Shown: positions 40,872 through 53,960 of the stretch, one piece after another
How the letters are laid out: every line of letters starts with the position of its first letter
Numbering within the stretch: position 1 is the stretch's first letter
Source of the DNA: the human T2T-CHM13v2.0 reference genome, Homo sapiens
Strand: one strand, 5' to 3'
NCBI RefSeq assembly: GCF_009914755.1
Contig: NC_060937.1
DNA length: 64,000 bases
Translations under genes and position numbers: made by a program
The notes under the pieces: generated by a model
The model's input: only the letters and a program-made list of their open reading frames with translations
The model's database searches: none
Told to the model about the DNA's origin: nothing

Positions 40872-41041
40872 GAGGAATTCTCAAATCTGGCTGCACATTA
40901 GAATGGGTGGCCGGGGGGACTCTAAAAGTACAGATGCCTGGGTTCTGTACTTAAAAAAATCCTACATAGATGTATACAAATCAAATATTTTAAAAAACCT
41001 CTCCCCAGGTGATTCTAATATATAGTCCAAGATGGGAACTG
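40872..41041. mobile_element. MER5-type relic in intron 1
   Basis: ttctcaaatctggctgcacattagaat...ctccccaggtgattctaat. Confidence 0.65.
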
Positions 41042-41861
41042 TTAGGGAAAGACTCTGTGAGTTGCAGCTCTGGGAAGTTTGTCCAGTTGTTTTGCTGCCT
41101 GGCAGGATCCCGGAATGGTGAACAGTAGCCCTCGAGGGAGTGAGAGCCGCAGTGCCCTAGTTGAAGCCCTGACCATTTCTCTTGGCCTGGTTTATAAAGG
41201 AGGTGGGTGTCAGAAATAAGGGGGGAGTTACTGGTCTTTAGCAAAGTGTTATTACCAGTGGACATTCGCCTAGGGGAGTGTTCACTCTTTGCAGTCTTCT
41301 TTACAGGGAATCTTCAGGACCATTTCCAGCTCCAAACAACAGTAGCAACAAACAAACAAAACCAAAAGTCATGCATTACAACGAGGCTGGTACAGCTAGG
41401 CTAAGTGCATTGAAGGCATAGTAAGCCAGTTCCGTGGGGGATGAGTCCTCTTTGGATCTCCTTTAAAGAAAGGAGAATGGGCTGGAGGGCATGAGAGGTT
41501 AGGAGGTAAGAAGCAGTTATTCATTTCACTCTGGGCCTTTCTGCGGGAACCCCACTCTGCAAACCTCCTAGGCTATTTTTGCTAAGGTATAACTTGGGGT
41601 GGGGGAGTCTTATCTGGGCCAAAGCTTCTCTCTCTAAGCCTCTAGGATCTTTCCTCACAGGTCAGGTAGCTGCTTACATTATCATGCTTGAATGGAAGGG
41701 CAAATGGGAGAAGGGGGAGGAAAAGACTTTTATTTGTTTTATTTTGACCATCAGAAATTACAGATAATAAAAATGTGATAATTAACAAATGATTTGGATA
41801 GGGCCTAGATAGAAACAGCAGCAATAACATTTACTGTGTGTCTAATAAATGCCAGGACTAG

Positions 41862-42194
<333 letters not shown>

Positions 42195-45100
42195 TGTATT
42201 ATCTTATTTAACCCTAAGAGGTAGGTACAATTAATGGTCCCATTTTAGAGATGTGAAAACTAAGGCTTATCAAGGTGAAGTCATTAGTTTTAAGTCACTA
42301 AGCTAGCAAGTTATATAGCTCAAAATTAGTCTGTCCATTCTCTTCACCATGTCTGTACATATAGGTTTCTATATTTCCAAGGAGTATAGATGAAAATTGC
42401 TTATTTTTTAGTTAGAGGAGGGAGGCTTGGGAATCATAAGTAGGCACAAGGATTCTTTGCAGTCAGAAATCAGTTACATAAGTTTATTCTGTGATACTCA
42501 ATGATTTCTGGGGATGATCAGAATTGTCTAGCACTCTTTTTTGGACTGAGGTTAACAATAATAATTTATTATGAAGCTCCATCACCAGTCAGAAACCAGC
42601 ATTTGGGTAAGATTATCAGCTATAATAATAGAAAATAAAATACAGATCAAGAAACAGAGAAATCCAGAATGCCTATTGTCTGGTAAAAAGACAAATATTT
42701 AAAAGTAGATGAGACATGGTAGTTAAATTGGACTTAGAGGTTTTAATTTTCCTTTTTACTTATCTCTCCCTGGTGAGTCAGTATCACAACTCCAACTTTT
42801 TTTTTATACTGGACTAGGAGTCAATTTCACTATCAACCTAATTTTCTGGGGCTGGCTGTCAGCTTGATGAGCTCTTTGGAAGGTGGTAGAAAACCCTTTT
42901 ATAACTGTCATTGAGTAAGTTCCAAACATATCATTTTCTGTACTTTGAAAATGTTGAGTACCATTATTTTATACCTTGAATCTTTGCTGACACTTAGCCT
43001 TGGCTACTAATTAGAGCCAGTTGCAACATTAAATCACCTTAAATGTGAGTTGCACCTTCTGCTGTAAGCACTCAGAGTACTCTCTGCCTCAGACGTCTCC
43101 CTCCTGAGGAGGGGCCTCTGCAGGGTCCTCAATTCACAAGACTAGGAAAAGCCTCAATGCTCACTCCACAGAGTAACTGGTATAGTTGGAACTGCAACGA
43201 GTCACGTGTTTTCTTGTCATCAGGCTACAAGGCTGGTTTGAAAAAACAAGTAGGGCTTTCAGAGTGACAGTGGGCCTGATTCCTGGGCAGAAATTGAGTC
43301 TTAATCATCTCCCTAAAGCCAGAACCTGGCATAGTGTAGACATCAGTAAATGTTAATTGAACACGTGCTTAGGGAAAACCTACCAATATAAGGTGTCTTG
43401 TGAGGTACTCAGGGTCCTATTTGCCCTACAGAAGGGGAATCGCATATTCTTCCAAAGGCCAAGGGGACAAGCGCTTGTCTTTGTCTCCCATCCCCCATGC
43501 TTCATTCATGTAGAGTTTGGGCATTCACCGCAGAGAGAGACTCATCACCATTAGCTTCATTGTCTTTGAATGCGAGGAGCAGAAATATCTCTAATGGGAG
43601 ACACTGATCAAACTTATGGACCATTTTGATGTCAGCTGAGCATGCTGGGCTGATGATAAGCAGGATGGAAGCTGGGGGAGTCCACAGCTTTGGGACAGAG
43701 ATGTTCAATAGAAACCGATGGAATGGCTGACAGCAGGGCTCATAATTACTTGTCTGTCTTTCAAGTGAACTTCAGGACTAAAAGTTGTTAGCTAGTGGTT
43801 CCTAATTGACTGTCTAGAGATTGCTTGATGATATCCACTGTTTTCTGAGTTGGCAGAATTTTTCAGAGAACTCTGAGAATGGCCCAACCCTGTTTGTGCA
43901 GCTAATTAAACTCCCCTTGTTAAAATGCAATGCAAGATTTTTTTTTTTGCTAGACTGTTATTATAATAAGCTATTTCTTCAAAAGTCCTTGATATGTCGG
44001 TCTTTTCTGTAAAAGCCTTGGCATGCTTGAGTTGGAGTCTTTCTATCTTTGGAGAAATGAGTAAAGCTGGTTTCAAGGGAAGCTGGCCTCTCTGATAGGT
44101 TCCTGGTGTATCTTACCGAGTCTTTATTCATCTCTGGCAAAGACCCTTCCCCTATTCAAACCCTGCTGTCCACCCCTATGTTCGACATAAATCTGCTTGT
44201 TTCTCCTCCCTACTCCTGAACTGTTTCCCACGTAGGGATGTGATTGGAAAAGAAAATTGAGACCAAGGTAATAAATTTTGACTAAACACATAAAAAATAT
44301 GATTGGATACACACACATATTTTTTTTTTCTGCTCATCTTGAAACTTAAATTAAATTAAAAACAACTTAGATGCAAAAGCCTTGATTGGCCCCGAGGCCA
44401 GTGATAAAATAAGTCTTCATTATAGAAGCATCTAGACCCAGCTTGATCAGGCATTATGGAGGTTGGTGGCCATTAAATGCACAGGACCCATTACACCACC
44501 TGCAGCTGGCTGACCTGAACTTTGAGAGACATGGCCAGAGTCACTTCTGGCTCTGAAGACCATTGCTGTCTCCTTAGAGGTTTCATAAAAAGTCCCTTCA
44601 GGCTGATGTTCCACAGGTGAGCTTTGGGTTGGCTTTCAGATGAGATCATTAAAAGGCACAGCAAATTGGCTGCCAAGGGTTACTCTGTAAGGCAATAGTA
44701 GTAATAAAAAAATGTTAATTGTGCTGGGATCCTCTTGGGGAAGTTCAAAGGGGACAAAAGAAAAACAGGATCTTTCAAAAGTGTCATTTAAAAATATGCA
44801 GTGGCACTGAAGTGTGAGTCTGAATATCTTAAATGAACATAAAATATTTTAAAATGACTTTTTCTGCAAATGGTAAGCTGGAAAAAAACTTTTATTAAAA
44901 AAAATTGCACAAAACCTTCAAGCTCATACGCTATTCACTTTCTAACAAATGGCTGGTTCCCATTTTGAAGGATGTTAATTTGCAATTTCCCAGGCGATGA
45001 GAGGATATGAATTTGCATCATATATTTTCACTGTAGCCCACATCTTTGGTGATTCCCTCATTCTGATGAAAAGGAATTGGATTGGGTTGGGGTGAAGGTG

Positions 45101-45373
45101 AGGAAGAGAAAATGAGCAGTAGAAGGAAAGAGAATGTGACATTTTCAGATCACCTACTCTGTGCCAGGGACTTGGCTCACATTACTTCGTTAATACTGAG
45201 GACAACCCTGTGAAGTAGGTTATCTCTATTTTACAGATGAAGGAACTAAGAATTAAGGAGATTTCACATCTAGCAAGTGCTAGAATTGAAATTCAAACTT
45301 AGCACTCTCATAGCTTCTTTATTTCCCTTTCCTTGCATAGAGATAGGAATAATCTCCTTTAAGACTCCAGAAT

Positions 45374-45706
45374 GGCCGGGCGCGGTGGCTCACGCCTGTA
45401 ATCCCAGCACTTTGGGAGGCCGAGGTGGGTGGATCACGAGGTCAGGAGATCGAGACCACCCTGGCTAACACGGTGAAACTCCGTCTCTACTGAAAATACA
45501 AAAAATTAGCCAGGCGTGGTGGCGGGCTGTAGTCCCAGCTACTTGGGAGGCTGAGGCAGGAGCATAGAGTAAACCCGGGAGGCTGAGGCAGGAGCATAGA
45601 GTAAACCCGGGAGCCGGAGCTTGCAGTGAGCCGAAATCGCGCCACTGCACTCCAGGCTGGGCGACAGAGTGAGACTCCGTCTCAAAAAAAAAAAAAAAAA
45701 AAGAAA
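45374..45706 (+). mobile_element. AluY in intron 1 with an internal 32-bp tandem duplication
   Basis: ggccgggcgcggtggctcacgcc...gagcttgcagtgagccg...poly-A. Degenerate TSD AAGACTCCAGAAT (45361-45373) / AAGCCTCGAGAAT (45707-45719). Confidence 0.96.
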
Positions 45707-45974
45707 AAGCCTCGAGAATGGGGAATCTTCCTTTAGGTAAAGTCTGCTGGCGTAGTGGTTTTCGTACAACCAGTGGCGATGTGGCTAAACGCTGGGTGGT
45801 CCCCACCTGTGAAAACAAAGCTGTTTTAGCTTGTTTCTATGATTCTATTCATTTATGTATTGGACTCCACTTACTTGCCTGTAAGTACTCTCGACAAGCC
45901 AATTTCTGTCACTCCAGTTGCCAAAAGCTCAGATTCCAGCTTGTTATTGATGTTCAACTTGTTATTATTTACAG

Positions 45975-46127
45975 TTGTTTTCCAATTTCACCGGCTCCGT
46001 GGATGACCGTGGGACCTGCCAGTGCTCTGTTTCCCTGCCAGACACCACCTTTCCCGTGGACAGAGTGGAACGCTTGGAATTCACAGCTCATGTTCTTTCT
46101 CAGAAGTTTGAGAAAGAACTTTCTAAA
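45975..46127 (+). CDS. OLFM4: OLFM4 coding exon 2 (aa 69-119), contains the CxC motif Cys83/Cys85 and the N72 sequon
   Basis: Acceptor ttatttacag|TTG, translation [27 protein letters not shown]...KELSK, donor AAA|GTAAGC. 153 nt, phase 0-0. Confidence 0.98.
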
Positions 46128-46446
46128 GTAAGCATTTTCTTTTCAAACAATATCTTGATAAAGAGAAACAAAACAAAATGTGTTTTAATTTAGGATTTTA
46201 TAAGCAATCATTCTTCACTATCAAAGACATCACGTTTTTATTCTATGGCGATTTTAGTATTTATTTTATAGGACACCAATGGAGTTCTTATTAAGGCAGG
46301 GAAAATGAGAGCACAGGAAGAAAGTGGGGTTCAGATTGTTCACGCCGTGGATAAACTCACTATAGTATTGTGGTACTTATGCAGTTGGAAAGAAGCCTTG
46401 AGCTCTCCTTGCAAACCCCAACCTGCAATTTTTATTTTGTTTGGAC

Positions 46447-46862
46447 GCTGCTTCTTCCTTTTGGTCTTCTAGGTCTTTCCTCAAGCTTTGCTTTCTTTTC
46501 TTTCTTCTCCTCTATCCCCTTTAGTTCTATTCTATCTCCCTTCTCTTTTTCCTTTTCTTCTATTTCTATTCCATTCCTGCATCCTTTAGTTTCTTATTTC
46601 TCTTGCCTCAATCCTTGCCCTTATTCATCCCTTCTAATCTCTCTTTTCCTTTCCTGGTTAATTCTTTTTTGGGGGGGACATTTTTGGGTATTTTCTTACT
46701 TTTAGATGATCTTTTTTTCCCTCCTTCTTTTCCCTTCCTCCACTTCCACTCCTTCAAATCCTCTCCCTCTCATCCTCCTCCCTCCCTCTCTCTTTCCTTT
46801 AACCCTTTTTTATCTTTACAAATTGCTCACTTCCTTCTCTCTCCCCCTCACTCTCTTTTTTT
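46447..46862 (+). repeat. CT-rich low-complexity polypyrimidine tract
   Basis: ~420 nt dominated by C and T. Confidence 0.85.
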
Positions 46863-46934
46863 GTGACAATAAGTTGTAGTCTCTTTTATTTTTTTCTATT
46901 TTCTCCAAGTGAAACCCAAGGTTGTAGTCTCTTT

Positions 46935-47235
46935 ATTTTTAATCTTATTTTTTTTTGGTGTATAGTAGGTGTATGTATTAATGGGGTACATGAGATACCC
47001 TGAGACAGGCATGCAATGCGTAATAATCACATCATGGAAAATGGAGTGTCCATCCCCTCAAGCATTTATCTTTTGTGTTACAAACCATCCAATTAGACTC
47101 TTTTACTTATTTTAAAATGTACAATGAAATTATTATGGACTATAGTCACCCTGTTGTGCTGTTGAATACTAGGTCTTATTTATTCTTTCTAACTACTTTT
47201 ATTTTTTACCCTTTAACTATCCCCACTTCCATCCT
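46935..47235 (-). mobile_element. L1MA 3' end (antisense, intron 2)
   Basis: gtaggtgtatgtattaatggggtacatgaga...catcccctcaagcatttatc...tatagtcaccctgttgtgct. Confidence 0.85.
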
Positions 47236-49932
47236 CACCCTCCATCTCTTTCTTGATGGTTATCTTCTATTGTCTCAGCAGGAACATTACATTTGATGTG
47301 TCCAATATTAGACAAAAATTGAAGGCTTCCCTGGGAATTTGAATCAAGACTTATAGGTTTCTCAGCCTTGGTAAAAACACTGACTTGAACTCTGATTACT
47401 GTTTTTTTCTTTAGCCAGAGGAAGTTATCTTAAAGGGTTTGCCTTTCTCTGGGCTGGCTGGACCAATGTGACTTGGTGTTCTAGTTTTGACTCCTTCCAC
47501 CTTTTCAGCCCAAGTTAAAAATCAATTAGAAAAGTTCCTATTTTCTGCACAGGTGAAGTCCAAGCTAGGCTATAATCACATTATGCATTATTTAATACAA
47601 CTCCATTAATTTACAAGGAGCTCTGGCTTTACTGCAAGATTCAGAATAAGTTTTCCTAAGAAATTTGAGCTTTGCCACCTCAACATCCAACATAGTTATC
47701 CTTTAAAACAAAAATTATGATGAGGCTGAGACCCTACTTTCAGCCTGAATTGGTAGATAAATATTCTAAGTTTAAATGAGTGTCCAGGAAAATGTGTTTG
47801 ACTACTCTAGAAACCTAGCTGCTTAAGAAATATAATGTCCTTGAATTAATCAGTGGAAAAGGCACAGCATTAAATTATAAATTCTAACCATTAATATTCA
47901 TAGCCTTATTCCAGCATAATCAAGTACAGATAAGAAGTTATGCATAAAAACATAACAAGTAGAGGAAAATCCTAGGTAAAGATCTTTTCAGTTAGAGTCA
48001 TTTGCTTTGAAATAGTGGAAACTACTGATTTACATGTTGTCTTTGCTGGCAGCAGTGTGAAGGGCAGTTTGAAACCTTATGCACTCCAGGGAGAGTATGT
48101 GGCTTGCCAGGTTTGTGAATATGGGACATTTAATTCCAATACTGTACGGGGGGCTGGTAACATCTGCTTTGCTAATGACAGATAGGGAAGAAGTGCAGAA
48201 TAGGTGGGAAAGTTTTAGTTCTGAATGTGTCGGTGGCTGCTCTGATCCCAAAAAAACTGTGATTGTGGCCTAAGAAAAAAGTTTATCTGCTAGCTAGGAT
48301 TTATATAATCGATTTAGTGTGACAGGTGATAATAACAACAATAATAGTAGCAGTTTGTTTGTGCTTTTTCAAATGCTTCCAGTTCTATTCTCTCCTCTCA
48401 AGTAACCCTTTAAGGCAGATAGGCCAGGTGTTGTCTCTCCCATTTTAGAGACAGTAAAACTGCAGTTCATAAAGGTAAGGAGACTTGCCCAAGGTCATTC
48501 CTCTCTTGGCTGGTTAAGCCAGGTCAGAATTCGAGTCTTCAAAATCATCTCAACTCTCTTTCCTCTTGGCCATGCTGTTAGCATCCTCCAAGGTAGGCCC
48601 AGGAAGAGATGCAGTAGTAATGCCTTCAAATCCAAAGTTATCCCTTTAGCTGAGGGCTTTCGAATTTCCAAGTGAGTTATTACAGCTGTCCCTAGGTTGC
48701 CTTGAAAATTGTCATTTATCCGGGGGCCTGGGAGAATGCCCGTTTAGGACAGGCCAGTAGAAAAGGTTTTTGACTGCCTTACATTGATTCATTGTCTGTC
48801 AGTACACAGAGAAGACAGGGAGCTGCCTCTGCATAAGATGCTGAAAGCATTTTATACTTTTCTGTTGTTTACGGTATGTCCTTTTGTGACTATACTTAGG
48901 AAAGGGATGGCACAAAAGGCAGCTCAGGATTTTCTCTTTCTCTGGAGGCTTATGGTCTTTGGCATGAGTTATTTAATATGACACATTTGCTAGTAGATCC
49001 TCATGCACGGGAAGGTTGAGGCAGCCTAGGAGACATTAAGGCAACCCATAAAGAAATAACATTGATTGAGCCGTATTTGTATAGTGAAATATAATAAATT
49101 AAAAGGTCAGATTGGAAAATGCTGAAATTACTGTTTCTCTATTAATTTCTATAATTCATAGGGCCTCCATTAACTAGGCACTTAACGTACATTATCTCTA
49201 GTCTTTATGATAATCTTGTAAGCTCAGTATCATTACCCCCAGTTTACAGGAAACTAAGGGTTAAAGAAATTAAGTGATTTGCCCACTAAGTACTGAAGTT
49301 AGATTTGAGTCTAGTTGGGTCTAGCTCCAAAGTACTTTATATGTCTTTACAATCACTCCAGGCTCAATGAACCCTGTTACGTTTACTTTGAAACATATAT
49401 TGAAAATAGTAGTATGTTGCAAAGTAAACGTACTTATTTCAAATAGTCTGGCCATAGTTATAATCACAGGTTTTGAGAGACTGGCAGAAACATGAACCAG
49501 ATTAATTCTTTAGCTTGCTAGCACTACACCCTTATTTATTACAAGACCACATTAATTATAAGGAACAATAACAGGCACCCTCAAATCAACGCTCACACAA
49601 ATTTTATTCCTCATCAATGATATAGTATGTGCATAACAAGCAAAATAAAATGGAAGCTGTGAATGTTAGGCTGGTGGCTTAAAGGCTCAACTAAAACATA
49701 GATGAGCCATCTAGTGCTCAGACTTGTCATGATGAGGAGCTTCGAGATAAAGATGTTGACACAGGACGTGTCTCCTCAAGGCTAGACCCATATTCTTGAT
49801 AGAATGTTTAGCAGCGTCCCTGGTCTTTAGATGCCAATAGCACTCGCCCACCCCCCAGTTATGAGAACCAGGACAAAATCACCACCACTACCGCCCTCCC
49901 TCCATTTAGAACCACTTTTCTAGATCAAAATA

Positions 49933-50272
49933 CAGCCATAGGTCAGCTAAAGACAGGGACATGTTCTGATAAATGCATCGTTAGGTGATTTTAACATTGG
50001 TGAACGTCATTGTATACTTACACAAACCTAGAGGGTGTAGCCAACTACACACTCAGGCTATATGATATAGCCTATTGCCAGGCTACAAACCTGTACAGCC
50101 TGTGACTGTACTGAATAATGTAGGCAATTATAATACAATGGTAAGTTTTTGTGTGTGCATATATATCTAAACATAGAAAAGGTACAGTAAAAATATGATA
50201 TTTATAATCTCATGGGACCACTGTCATATATGCAGTCTGTCATAGACAAAAATGTTATGCAGCAAATGACTG
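49933..50272 (-). mobile_element. Tigger3a/MER7A-like TcMar MITE
   Basis: TA|CAG...CTG|TA termini. Internal tacttacacaaacctaga...aggctacaaacctgtacagc...atgggaccactgtcatatatgc. Confidence 0.85.
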
Positions 50273-51024
50273 TATTTTCCAGAAGAAGAAAAAAATGCAG
50301 AAAGTGCCCCAAGTGCCAGATGTGGGACTGGAGGCTCCCAGGCAGGCTGGGCTGCCTCTCCCAAGACTGCACCTCCCAGGAGGAGCTGACATGTGGTCAG
50401 CATTGTCCACGCATTCCCAAAGCTACAGATTCATATATGTGAAAAGTTCATATGAATGATTTACTTAAATTAGTAAAGTTCACACTCTGAAGTCTTTCTG
50501 GCCCATCCCCAAGCTCTTTTGTGTCTTCTCTAACTCCATGGATGATTGCCATTTTCCTGAACACCACTGAGCGTCCTTTAAGTGTCAGCTGAAGAACCTT
50601 GAGTTTTTTCCTCAAACGGATCTTTACAGACCCTTCATTTTGTCTGCACCAGGGCAGGCACACCACACATTTTTATAGGTAACAAACTCCAGAATATGCC
50701 TTGCTTTTTTTTGTGAAAATCTAGGAGAACCACATTTTATTTAGCAGAGATGACAGTTGAATCACTCATTTTTGTAGAACAACAGCTGCGATGTGCCACC
50801 AAAATGTTCCAGAGAAGCTGAGGGTGTTTCATTTGTTCCAAGAGCTGGCAAGGCCAAATGCCAACAAGCATATTTATTTCTCAAACTTCCATTTCTGTAA
50901 TGGATTGGCACTTTATTTATTTTTATCATAGTCAAGGTTTTATGCCTGAGTTTTGTAGACACTGGAACCTGGCAGCCCTATATCTGCAGTGCACTTCTCA
51001 GGGGGACTTGTTAGGTTTTATATA

Positions 51025-51349
51025 TAGTGAGCCCTCCATAGCCTTGGTTCTGCATCTGCAGATATAACCAAACTCAGATTGAAAAATTTCACGGAAAAAA
51101 ACTAATAAAAATAACCATGTAACAACAGGAACTATACAAATAAAAAACAATACAACAATGATTTATATAGCATTTACATTGTTTTAGGTATTATAAGTAA
51201 TCTAGACTTGATTTAAAGTATTTGGGAGGATGTGTGTAGATTGTAGGCAAATACTGTACCATTTTCTGTCAGAGTCTTAAGCATCCTTGAATTTTGTTAT
51301 TCTTGGGAGGTTCTGAAACCAATCCACCATGGATACTAAGAGGTGGCCG
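51025..51349 (+). mobile_element. MER2 (TcMar-Tigger) MITE
   Basis: gcatttacattgttttaggtattataagtaatctaga...gaaaccaatccaccatggatac; TA-flanked. Confidence 0.85.
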
Positions 51350-52159
51350 TATATATGTTTTAACCTCCCTATCCACCAAAATATCACCAGCTTTGTCATC
51401 CTCCGAGTTATGGTACATCCAATGGCAGTGAGCATCAGTTGCCCGAGGAGATACACTAGCAGTGCCAAGGACTGTTTTTTCAACTTTCATTAAAATCCTT
51501 TTTGCCTGAAGCCCTAGCCCTTCAGGTCTGTGGTCTATGAGTCTACTTTAATTTGCACAATGGGGTTAAGTGGAAGGGCTGAAATGACAGAAGTTAGGAT
51601 TGCTTTTGGTATAAGAAGGATTAAAGGCCAACATCTGGCTCTAAATTCATCCAGGCACTGTGGATCAGCTACTTGATATTAGTGTAGTTTTGGGAAAAGT
51701 ATCACTTCAGTTCAAATTTTTAAAAAGCATATAAAGCCAGCAACTTATTTAATGAGCAGGTCCTTAAAAAAGCCATGGCATTTTCTTTAGAGATCAGACA
51801 CAGAAAGAACCACCAACTGTGTTTATTAAAATATCCACTTGGATATTCCAATTATACACTAAACTGCCAAGGGAATTTTTGGAAGTATTTTAACTTAATG
51901 ATCAGACATTCAAATATATGCAACAAATCTGTAATTTAAAGGTCTGATTGCAATAATCAGTTCTTGGAATAAATGTGGGTGCACTTAATGAAATGTGTAC
52001 TCTACAGGGCACACACACTCACATATTGTGTAGTAGGTTGGATCTCTATGCCACTTTGTAAAAGGCAGAGGGGATCAAAACTAATTGTATATGGCGATCA
52101 AAGAAGGAATTCGGCATAGCGCATTTCTCCCTTCTCCAGAAAATACTTAGATGTAGAGC

Positions 52160-52388
52160 CATGTTTCTAAATGGAAGGAGGGTGGTGTTGGCCGTGGCAA
52201 CGATTTTGTCCCCAGGGAACATTTAGCAATGCCCAGAGACATTTTTGGTTATCATAACTGGAGAGTGGTTGGATGCAACTGGCATGAAGAAGCCAGGGAT
52301 GCTGCTTAATATTGTGTAATTCACAGCACAACCCCCACAAGAAATGACAATCCAGTCCCAAATGCTAACAGTGCTGAGGTTGAGAAAC
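52160..52388. mobile_element. MER20 hAT-Charlie element
   Basis: gattttgtccccagggaacatttagcaatg...gccagggatgctgct...cagtgctgaggttgagaaac. Confidence 0.82.
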
Positions 52389-52492
52389 AATTAGAGTAAG
52401 TGTGTTGAAGGGAGGAGAGATGGCAAGAGACTATGATACAAACCAGTTTAGTTTGGGGAGTTAATGTCTTCAAACATTAAAATGGAGATTAA

Positions 52493-53258
52493 GAAAAAAG
52501 GGCTCAATATCACTTGATCATTAGAGAAATGCAAATCAAAGCCATAGTAAGATACCATCTCATACCAGTCCAGAATGGCTATCATTAAAAAGTAAAAAAA
52601 TAACAGATGCTGGTGAGATGGCAGAGGAAAGGGAACATTTATACACTGTTGGTGGGAGTGTAAATTAGTTCAGCCATTGTGGAAAGCAGTGTGGTGACTC
52701 GAAGAACTAAAAAGAACTATTATTCAACCTAGCAATCCCTTTACTGGGTATATGCCCAAAGGAATATAAATTGTTCTACCATAAAGATACATGGGCGTGT
52801 GTGTACATTGCAGTACTATTCACAATAGCAAAGACATGAAATCAACCTAAATGCTCATCAATGGTACACTGGATAAAGAAAATATGGGCCATATACACCA
52901 TGGAATACTTTGCAACCATAAGAAAGAATGAGATCATGTTCTTTGTAGGAACATGGATAGAGAGCTGGAAGCCATTCTCCGAAGCAAATTAACACAAGAA
53001 CAGAAAACCAAATACCACATGTTCTCACATATAAATGAGAGCTAAATGATGAGAACACATGGACACAAAGAGGAGAACAACAGAAGCGTACTTGAGGGTG
53101 GAGGGTGAAAGGAGGGAGAGGAACAACAACAAAAAAATCTATTGGGTGCTAGGTTTAGTACCTGCGAGACAAAATAACCTTTACAACAAACCCCCATGAC
53201 ATGAGTTTACCTATATAACAAACCTGGGTATATACCCCTGAGCCTAAAACCTTTTTAA
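52493..53258 (+). mobile_element. 5'-truncated L1 (old L1PA/L1PB), ORF2 end and 3'UTR, sense to OLFM4
   Basis: tcattagagaaatgcaaatcaaa...ggataaagaaaatatgg...gagaacacatggacaca. Perfect 14-bp TSD AAAATGGAGATTAA at 52479-52492 and 53259-53272. Confidence 0.93.
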
Positions 53259-53536
53259 AAAATGGAGATTAAAATATACCTGCAAATGATGATGCTGAAG
53301 CAAAATTATGTTTAGCCTAGCAAAGTATAAAATCTACCTCCCTTCAATTGGAGTAATAAGTTCTTTGTATATGGATAGATTTTAAAAATCTAGTTAAATG
53401 TATTTTTGATCTATTTATTTACAAAACACAATGATTGGCAAGAATCAAATAGTTCTCAACTCAAGGGCTCGGTAGTGGAAGAAGATGGTGTGATACTACT
53501 CAGGGAATTGGCTTGAACCTTTTGATTTTCTTTCAG

Positions 53537-53749
53537 GTGAGGGAATATGTCCAATTAATTAGTGTGTATGAAAAGAAACTGTTAAACCTAACTGTCCGAA
53601 TTGACATCATGGAGAAGGATACCATTTCTTACACTGAACTGGACTTCGAGCTGATCAAGGTAGAAGTGAAGGAGATGGAAAAACTGGTCATACAGCTGAA
53701 GGAGAGTTTTGGTGGAAGCTCAGAAATTGTTGACCAGCTGGAGGTGGAG
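53537..53749 (+). CDS. OLFM4: OLFM4 coding exon 3 (aa 120-190), coiled coil
   Basis: Acceptor ttttctttcag|GTG, translation VREYVQLISVYEKKLLNLT...DQLEVE, donor GAG|GTAAGG. 213 nt, phase 0-0. Confidence 0.98.
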
Positions 53750-53960
53750 GTAAGGAGTGAACTCACTTCTTGGTAAATTAATAATAAACTCCCTTCAGTG
53801 ACTGTAAGCAAGTACTAGTACCAGGAAGTGAAACTATCTCTTCCAACTTCTAATTCTCTACTGTCTCATGGCCACATGGCATATCACTATGTTCTGTTTT
53901 GGATAAGGGCATGTGTTTGAATAGTAAGTTAAGCACATTGGGAATGTGCTGACTTAGGAG

